64,000 bases of DNA from NCBI GenBank assembly GCA_000002445.1, contig CP000067.1:128001-192000 (forward strand), given 5' to 3'. The notes beneath the pieces are model-generated. The model was given only the letters and a program-made list of their open reading frames with translations, did not search any database and was not told where the DNA came from. Below, one piece after another: positions 32,601 through 41,129 of the stretch. The DNA is from Trypanosoma brucei (Eukaryota). Position numbers and translations under genes: made by a program. Position 1 is the first letter of the stretch; the number at the start of each line of letters is the position of its first letter.

Positions 32601-35600
32601 GCCTCACGGATCTGTGCCTCTCCTTGTGCCCGCGCATGAAGCTTCTTGAGATCTGCCTCACGCCTCAGAAGAGTTTCATGTTGATCTATAACGTCTCCAA
32701 ATTTCAGTGTGTCTTGTGTGACACCTCGCACTCCAATCAGGCTGAACATTTCTCCCCAGTGACTTGGTGTAAAACCGTCACCCCGAAGGTACTTCAATAC
32801 AGGTAGGCACCGCATCCAAGAGTCGAGAAGTGTACGGATGTGAACAGTTATTGGACTAGACGAAAACGTCCTCAACTGCTCTTCCCAGTGCCGCCCAAAA
32901 TCCTCGAAACGGTAGCACTTCGCACGCATGATTATCCATGGTTCCGCACGAAGCACATCCAACTCTTCCTGAAACTTGACCAATATGTCCCACATTTGGA
33001 CATATTCTTCAATGTCACGTTCGAGATCCTCCAGCTCCTCGATGTCTGGCTCATCCAGTTGAAAATACTTACACTGCTGGATGCACTCCTCACCCTCCGC
33101 CTTTAAGGCCTTGAACTGCTCTCGGCGTTCGGTTACAATCTTCATTGCGTTGGGGGTATCAACGGTCTTGGGTTTCACCTCATGCCACTGGTTAGAGAAC
33201 CGCTCAAGATTTTTCATCCATGCACTGACAGTGTCTTCGACGGACATCTTCAGTGAATCGACCTGTTTCTCCATTTCCCGCTCAAATGCATCAAGACGGC
33301 GGGTAACCTCATCCCACCGTTGCTTTACGCCACGAAAGTCAAAATCTGACTTATTTGCCATACTCTGAAGCAAAACATTCTTGTTATGCAAATGATGAAA
33401 CTCAACCTCCACTGCTGGTCGCTTCTCCATCAACTTGGCATGTTGGAGGTTAGCCGCACCGATCTCTTCAAGCTTCGTTAACCTAGCACCCAATGCAGTG
33501 GTTACTTCGGCGATGTACTCCTCAATCCTAGAAAGATTCTTCTGAGCGCTGTCCCGGAGTGTGACATGAAGTACCTGGGACAACTTGTGAAGATGATCTT
33601 CCACTGTACCCTTGACGCCTGCTGTACAGATCGTAATGCAACCGCATTTAATAAAGAGTTCTTCGGCATTAATTTCTTTACCCTTTTGCTTCAGCAAACG
33701 CACGCTCTGCTCCCAATGTTGCACCTCCTTCAGAGTGTGACCCACAATGTCCTCTAGTGATGGGTTTCCTCCTTTCCCACAGCGTCCGATAACAAGCAAA
33801 GGATGAAAACGCTTCAGCTCTTGTTGCACTTTCTTAAAAAGTTGCGCGGCATGCTTCATAACGGCAAAGATGCCGCGCTCATTGTTCCCTGGCATTGCGC
33901 CGAAGATATCGCTGTTACCGCACCCACGGAATCGAAGTGGGAACGTTATGAAGTCCTTTATCCTTTGATAGTACTGCCCACGTATAACATCTATATTGGG
34001 GCGCAGTGTAGCCAACCCAGTATCCGGATCGTACGTGATGTCCGCCTTAATCTCCGCAACAACTTCGTGAAGGCTCTCAAGGCCCAGTTGATATTGATGC
34101 TCTAGTGCCTTGTATATTTGCATATCCCAAAACTGCTTCCATGATTCCATATTGTTGAAGCCTGATGTTTCCATTTTCTCCCTGATGAGACGTACCTTCC
34201 CCGTCCAGCGCTCCCTCAATCGCAGGAGATCAATGCTGAACAGCTCGATCACAATTGACTCAATCTCCCTGTGCAGCTTGTGAAGCCGACGATTAGCATC
34301 AGTCAGCGCCTGAGATGCACGACGCAACTTGCCAATGAACCGCTCGGCGTCGTCCGTGTTCCTCCACGTCAACTTTCTGTCACCGCTTGCAGTAATAATA
34401 TTCTCAAAAGCCAGGGCAGGTTCAAGCAGCATCGCCTGCGTGCAAGGTATAATGTTCTCCTTCATGGAATTGTATGTACTGGCGACCTGCTTGAGCGCCA
34501 CACCGTTGCGGTAGAAACGGATGCCCTGATCCACCATCTCCTGTATGGCAGTGCTTATGCGAAACCCCAAGCTTCTGAATATACGCACCTCACGAATGAG
34601 TTGCACCAACCTCTCCGGGTAATTCACTCTCACACTACCGTCACCTGCAATGTCCATAAGTGGTGCATTCGCGTCAAGCATCAGCACATGCTTGCTACCC
34701 TCAACGTCCATTGTCCATTGTTTGAAAGTCTCAATCACATAATCGTCAATTTCTTCCATCAATGTGTTTGCTGAACGCAAAAACTCCCCTGCATTCTGCA
34801 AGTCGTTCAAAAGAGATTTGCACATTGAAATCATATCACTCGTTCGACCCCGAAGTTGTCGGAGCCAAATCATATTATTTACCACACCGGGCATAAAACG
34901 CCCCGCTTGGCAACGGCGGTCTTCTTCATCAAGAGCGACATCGTCCTCCACGCTTTCCGAACGCCGCTCGAATTCCATGCGAATGCTTTGAAGCCGCTCA
35001 TTCAACTTGGCAAGGAGGGCGTCACGCTCGTTCACAAGTTCCTTTGACACAGCAGGCCTTCGTATGAGCTGACGAAACTTCACCACTTCATTAAGAATCG
35101 TTTGTGGCGCCAAGTTGCCCCGCTCTCCAAAGAAGTCACTGAGAGCAGATGCACAACGATGCTCGACTGGCTGGAGGCGACGGTAAAAGGCGTCCAAACA
35201 ATTTGTCCACAACTGCTCTACAGCGGGAGTAGTAGCGAATATATCAAGGGAATCGAAGGTCTCCCATAATGTCTCCGTACGTAGCGACTGCAACTTGTCG
35301 GCGGCAGTAAGAAGTTCGACAATCTCATCCACCAAGTCGCGAATAGAAACGACAACACTCAACCGATCACGCACCGTTATCAGCTGAACGTCCTCGAATG
35401 CTGTACCCCATGAAGAACCCCAGTCAACTGTCGTGAGTCTTTTGCACATATTCACCCATTCATCACAGCAACCAAGTGCCACTTCAGTAATATTCTTCGA
35501 ACCGCTGAACACACCACCGGCGTCTAGTGTTTTCTTAGCAAAGTATTCCCGCAGGTTAGACCCCACAGTTTTCATGAGGAACACAACTTTTGTACGGATT

Positions 35601-36301
35601 GCTGTGTCCTGATCACTGTCATTCCAGAAGTCAGTTATTGCCATCTGCGCATCCTCTAACATGTCTGTGACATGCGACGGCTCCACACTGTCCATATTTC
35701 CCCATGCCTGGGAGAGAACAGTTTCAGCGAAGGAGGAGGTGCACATGCCCCCAAGGACACGACGAAGGGACTTCATGTACAACAAAACTTTCGTGTCGTC
35801 CTCCTCGCTAGATTGGAGGGAAAACAACACATAACCTGCAACGACCGTATCCAACCGTTGCCCCCCTCGGGGTGTGAGGCACTTGGGAAAATCTGAAACT
35901 TGGAACACCTGCAATTCCGAGTGCTTAATGAGGTAACGCATATACGTTACCTCAACCACAGAGGTTATAGGAGGGCTGTCACCGGGTAATTCGTTGAAAT
36001 CGAGGTCACGAACACGAACGGCCTCCGCAAACCGTAGAACAGTAAAGTTCTCCCGAGCATCAATGTTCACATCAGTTAAACCAACCTTAGTTGTTCCCGC
36101 CTCAGATCCACATGCCGCCTTGACGAAACCACTAAATAACGCAGCGGCAATTGGCGGACACTTCTCGCTTCCGACGGCAATCTGCAGCTCAACGACGTCG
36201 GAACGGCGGTTAGTTGAACTCACGGAGGCGCCCAACTGCTTGAGTGTTTCCCCTGCCACATCTACGCACACATCTGAAATATCCTTCTCTGCCGAAACCA
36301 T
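23603..36301 (-). CDS. DHC2: Dynein heavy chain, best match cytoplasmic dynein-2 (IFT retrograde motor) heavy chain
   Basis: 4232 aa with ATG at 36299-36301. Four P-loops: GPAGTGKTE (AAA1), GPGGSGKST (AAA2), GPEGCGKK (AAA3) and a degenerate AAA4. AAA1 context [33 protein letters not shown] matches the dynein-2 consensus ([32 protein letters not shown]) better than cytoplasmic dynein-1 ([25 protein letters not shown]). Stalk coiled coils and a C-terminal domain are present. Confidence 0.85.
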   Translation of the reverse strand: [4232 protein letters not shown]

Positions 36302-36605
36302 TTCTACAACTGCGCCTTCCCTTTATATTCAACAAGTTTGCTTCGAACGTCCTGATGAATTCAAAAAAAATATATACGCGAAGCACCTCCAACCACTCCT
36401 TTTTATCTTACCGTGCAGGAAGAAAAAGTATAGTCCTTCCTTTTCTTTTTTTTGTTTTTCGTTGCCCTGCTACACCTCTTATCAGTTTTTTTTGTTTTTT
36501 TTCTTTTAGTTACCTACACAACTTGATTCCTCACACCCTTATTCTTTCAACGGAACAATTGCTGCCTTTCTTTCTTTCTAAAATTACAGCCGCATATTCA
36601 AATTG

Positions 36606-36692
36606 ATGACAGAAAGGGGAAAAAGAAAGCAACAACCAATTAATTGATTAATCAATAGAATGAAGTCACAAACCTCAAAAGAAAAAAAAATG
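36606..36692 (-). promoter_or_regulatory. Polypyrimidine tract (minus strand): candidate trans-splice signal for the dynein heavy chain gene
   Basis: + strand purine-rich gatgacagaaaggggaaaaagaaagcaacaacc...caaaagaaaaaaaaatgg, about 300-390 nt upstream of ATG 36301. Confidence 0.3.
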
Positions 36693-37136
36693 GTAGTGCT
36701 ACAGCATCTTGCTCAGTATGTCCCTCGCTTATGAGCAAATGCGGTGCATCCCATCGTATTAAGGGAAAACAAAAAAAAAAGAGCGCGGCAGAGTAACAAT
36801 GTGGATAAAATCTTCCCCATCCCCCGGGAATATATGCTAACACAAATATCTGGAACAGTTAAAAGCAAAGCACATCTGCCAATATAAAAATGTAACTATG
36901 ATCATCGGCATCAACTTGTTCGACAAGCAAATGAGACAAGTGTACAAACGATGGGACATTGGGGAAGGGGGGAGAGGAATGAAATGATCGAACGCACGCA
37001 ACCGTCCATAGTGGCATGGCTACTGTCTGTTGGTTAATCCACTGATGCAAAAGAAACACAAAGAAGGGGAAGGAAGGGACTCGCACCCGCGCAAGCATGA
37101 GTGAAAAAAAAAAATGGACAAAAAAGAAAACATTCA

Positions 37137-38933
37137 TTACAAACCTCCCTCACTCATTATTTGCTCCACTGCCCCGAGCACCACAGCAGCACATCGCGCC
37201 ATATCAACCCTCTGACACCTCTTAACTTGCGTAACTCCTCCAAGTGACTGTTCAAGCCAAAAAAGTGCAGGGAGCCCAATGAGCTCATGCGTGATGAGGC
37301 GCTCAAAGTTCGGTGAGTCCTTGCGATATCTCAACAAAGTTGATGTATCAAAACCAAATAATTCCTTACCGACAGATTCAAGGCCAAAAGCCCGCGCCGA
37401 TCGAATACCGTCCGACAACTCAAGTTGAACTAAAAAGCGCTCTTCCACCGACGCCTCAGGGCAGCTCGAGCATACGGAGGTTTCATTGCCAACTTTCCTT
37501 CCGCATGCAGAGCAGGCCGTATATGTCAGTGGATGTTTCACACCTTTTACCTTTGCTAGGACGGGTAGCGACTCGGATATTTCATCCAAATCAAAAACCA
37601 ACTGCACAATATCGGCGTTGTGTGTACCGCCTGCCACCTCCTCCTGTTTTGAAGTGTGTGGAGGCTGCTCCTCAGGGCGCTCATTACTGGCAACATCCAC
37701 CCGGCCTTTCGGGCTCATCACAAAGGCGCTACTTACACATCTACTAGAGGCAGTAATTCTACCACCGAAAATACGGACAAGAAAATTCGAAAAGCACCAC
37801 TGCTCACCAACAACTGGTACCACGATCGCCCCCATATCACCCCAGAGAGTTACTTCAATGGAATGCTGCAGGGAGTTTAGATCTCTCAACTCAACTACTG
37901 ACCTCCCAACATGTCCGTATCGCGTGTTAACTAATGTAGTTGGGGAGAACGCCGCCACCTCTCCATAAACGGAAACAATGTCCCCCACCTCGCAACACTC
38001 CACAAGGTACTGTACCGAACAAGAAAAAAACACGTACCGAGGATGCTTGGGAATAAGGTGTTCAGCTCCAGCACAGCATCCCGGAGTTGAAGACCAATCG
38101 AACACGTTCAGTTTTTCACTGTACCCGGATTCGCCTTTGTCCACAAAAGCAGGGTTTCGACATCGGATGCAATCACCAACATCAAACATATCACTAATCA
38201 CAGAACTGCCGAAGAATGACACAGAAACGGCGTCACCGTCAGCGTCGACTCCCACGCAATCCACAGCGAACCGCCCAAGTATTCCACTAGATGCAACTTG
38301 CCGTATTTTATTCTTCCACACCACGCGGAGGTAAACGACACAATCATTGAACCCTTTCCCCTCCGCTGTGACCACCTGTCGAATAGTCCGCGCGCCGTAG
38401 TCCCCAAGGGGAGTTGACTGCCACGTAGCGCTGCTGCTGCTGCACGTATTGGTGTAGCGGTATACAAGCGCGTTGGCTGAAAGACGGAAGAGATTGGAAT
38501 TAAATACTGGGTTTCCCAACAACGGGTACACTGTGTTAGAGTGGGTAATGGACAAAGGCACAACGACATTCCGCCCATTTCGGGCGGCAACTAAAGTGTA
38601 CTCTCTCAGCTTCACGCAATAACCGATTTCTATTTGAAATGTACTGACAAGTTCTTCCATCCCAGTGGAAGGGGGAATCACTAGCCATATCAGTGAGAGG
38701 GTGTCTGATAATGCGAGATAAAACAGCGATTGAGTAGAAGATTGCACTACTCTTTCCGGAAACCGTTGAATGTCAATTACCTGCAGCGAGGGGTTAGGCC
38801 ATCGTAACGTGAAAGTTTCACCACGGGAATCACCCGAAAGAGGGGCCGTCAGTGCGCTTTCGCAGAATCCTGTCGTTAATTGGAACATGTCTTCTTTGCC
38901 TTTGACTGTGTTTATGCAAAATAACTCGGCCAT
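37137..38933 (-). CDS. RPA1 (RPA70)-like OB-fold protein with C4 zinc ribbon; RPA1 paralog or related ssDNA-binding protein
   Basis: The track start is GTG. The first ATG is at 38931-38933 (MAELFCINTVKGKEDMFQLTTGF...), giving 599 aa. Several OB-fold-like blocks (GDIVSVYGEVAAFSPTTLVNTRYGHVGRSVVELRD...IEVTLWG). YTACSACGRKVGNETSVCSSCPE...RFLVQLELSDGIRSARAFGLESVGKELFG resembles the RPA70 DBD-C Cys4 ribbon and following segment. Confidence 0.45.
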   Translation of the reverse strand: MAELFCINTVKGKEDMFQLTTGFCESALTAPLSGDSRGETFTLRWPNPSLQVIDIQRFPERVVQSSTQSLFYLALSDTLSLIWLVIPPSTGMEELVSTFQIEIGYCVKLREYTLVAARNGRNVVVPLSITHSNTVYPLLGNPVFNSNLFRLSANALVYRYTNTCSSSSATWQSTPLGDYGARTIRQVVTAEGKGFNDCVVYLRVVWKNKIRQVASSGILGRFAVDCVGVDADGDAVSVSFFGSSVISDMFDVGDCIRCRNPAFVDKGESGYSEKLNVFDWSSTPGCCAGAEHLIPKHPRYVFFSCSVQYLVECCEVGDIVSVYGEVAAFSPTTLVNTRYGHVGRSVVELRDLNSLQHSIEVTLWGDMGAIVVPVVGEQWCFSNFLVRIFGGRITASSRCVSSAFVMSPKGRVDVASNERPEEQPPHTSKQEEVAGGTHNADIVQLVFDLDEISESLPVLAKVKGVKHPLTYTACSACGRKVGNETSVCSSCPEASVEERFLVQLELSDGIRSARAFGLESVGKELFGFDTSTLLRYRKDSPNFERLITHELIGLPALFWLEQSLGGVTQVKRCQRVDMARCAAVVLGAVEQIMSEGGL

Positions 38934-39193
38934 GCAAAAAAAAAAAGACGTGAGGGAGGCCACGAAAGTGGTAGCACCAAGTGCAATCAGTATAAAATAT
39001 CCAAAAAAAATACCTCAACCAGGGCACGTAGACGAAACGAATAGAATGCAAAATAAGTTAGAAGACATTCCAACTACAGATTTTCTTTCTTTAAAAGGAG
39101 CGAGGAAAATCCGTCACTATATATCTAGTCAACAACATAATTTCCCAATCTATGGTTTTCATGAACAATGAATTAAAGAAATTGAAACTGGGG

Positions 39194-40474
39194 CTAATGC
39201 GTCATGCGACGTGACACATCAAAGGGATACGGCTGTGGGCACAATTCGCGAGGAGCTGGGACGGCAGCAGAGCTCTCTACAACGGCTCCATGACTTGGGA
39301 GTGGAAACGCAAGCCGATCTAGCAGCTGCGCAAACATAGGCGATGGTTCACCACGGGTCAGCTCCCCTGTAAAGTTTGACACTGATTCAAAACTGGTGTT
39401 GCAAGTGGGAGTTTCTGAGGAAACAACTGCATCTGTTAAGGGTGAAAGCGCACCAGTCCTGTCAAGAGACAATTCCTTAGTTGTTTTCTCCAATTTAGAA
39501 TGGCACATATCACCTGAAACTGGGGTGCTAACCACCGCACCCTTTGAACAGCACGATGCTTCCACTGGCCGAGAGGCAATCCCATACCGAATTGTACCTG
39601 CGGAAGACGACCGTAATCCAGAACGGTAAACTTTTCCCCGGGGCGGAAACTCCACATTCGACGCATCAACAGCCTTTGCATGGGTGAGAGTTACTTCACT
39701 AACCGTCCTGCGGTGTTGCGACCGCGGTGGATTCTTAAATGCATTTGCTCCTGTTCTTTCAGTCCCTGACGTATCTTTGTTCTGCTGGGAATGTGAAACC
39801 TCGGTTGTTTTTTGCCCCTCCGCCTGCACATTTGTAGAGTGTTTGGATTTGGTCCTTGCCCCGATGCGTCTCAACAGCTTACGGCGAAGTGGTGACGATG
39901 AAAACATAGATGATTTTTTGTATGCAGTGGTGCACACCGCTAGTTCATCTTTGTACACATGGAACGCACTACCTTGCTGCTTGCTAGGGACTGACAAGGA
40001 GGCCGCCGCTCGCACCGTTTCCTTATGCTGCGGATACGGTTCCTTCTTCACAATGCTACCTTCCCCCTTCGTTCCACAGTAACGCTTCATTTGCTTGTTC
40101 CACACAGAAACTGGGGCCATAAACCAAGGTAGGTTTTCCTTTCCCCCCTGTGGTGGCCCCTGTGCTTCACACAATTCAAGAGAGTACCTCTGGAGCTCCG
40201 ACATTTCAGACTTTTCTAACTGTTTATGGGAGTTTCTACAACGTACACTACATTCTCTTTCACCCAGCTTAGATTGTGTTGACGGGCCGGAGAATGTTGA
40301 CTTTTGTGATGGTGCTCGCATAAGACCCGCCCTTGTGGTTGCCGCTCGCAGGCGCTGCCGGCACTCTTCACGCATCTTCTGCCGCCACGCTATCAAGTCT
40401 TGTTGAACCATCGATTCCTCACCACAACATTCCGCCGCTTTGGTCTTTTGCGAGGGCACCACACCATTTACCAT
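39194..40474 (-). CDS. Hypothetical protein (426 aa), Ser/Thr/Arg-rich, no recognised domain
   Basis: The track start is TTG. The first ATG is at 40472-40474 (MVNGVVPSQKTKAAECCGEES...). Same orientation and spacing as neighbours, but low-complexity composition lowers confidence. Confidence 0.45.
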   Translation of the reverse strand: MVNGVVPSQKTKAAECCGEESMVQQDLIAWRQKMREECRQRLRAATTRAGLMRAPSQKSTFSGPSTQSKLGERECSVRCRNSHKQLEKSEMSELQRYSLELCEAQGPPQGGKENLPWFMAPVSVWNKQMKRYCGTKGEGSIVKKEPYPQHKETVRAAASLSVPSKQQGSAFHVYKDELAVCTTAYKKSSMFSSSPLRRKLLRRIGARTKSKHSTNVQAEGQKTTEVSHSQQNKDTSGTERTGANAFKNPPRSQHRRTVSEVTLTHAKAVDASNVEFPPRGKVYRSGLRSSSAGTIRYGIASRPVEASCCSKGAVVSTPVSGDMCHSKLEKTTKELSLDRTGALSPLTDAVVSSETPTCNTSFESVSNFTGELTRGEPSPMFAQLLDRLAFPLPSHGAVVESSAAVPAPRELCPQPYPFDVSRRMTH

Positions 40475-41129
40475 CCTCCACCGGCCAACGACGCCGTTGT
40501 TTACACGGTTACGGGTGGAAAATGCAGTCGTAGGTAGCACTAATGAACAACGGGCCAAGTGAAATGAGGGTATGAGGAAAATAAAAAGATGGTCGAGTCA
40601 GCTGCAAGTTTGGAGGGAAATTGCGTGGAGTGATGGAACAAAACTGCCTAACCTAACAATGCCGGGTTAAAACTTATAAGTCAGCGACGATATACTGTTG
40701 TTGTTTTTCTTCTTGGTTCCTCATTTTTGTGTTTTTTTTTACTAAAAAAGAAAAAATGACGATCCACCGTTAGTTGCGCCCGCTGCCTTCACGGTAATGT
40801 CCTCTTTAACCTTTCCTTAAGTTAACGCTGCACATACACACACGCACAGAAACAGACTCTTCCTTTCTTTTCCACCCAAATGGAGGGCTCCGCTTTCACC
40901 CTTCCATCGAACCCGCACGGTACACACTCCAGAAAACCTTCGAACTGCTCGCATGCGCCACTGCTGACTAACAGAGACAGTCCACACCTCAACCACTACT
41001 TTCTCTCGCTTTCCTTCACCCAGAAATGACTCGTCAGGAATTTTCAGCAAAAACAGAAAAACGTACACATACACACATCGCAACCAAGGCGACGACATGT
41101 TAATCCCGAGAAGTCAATATCTCTCGGGA

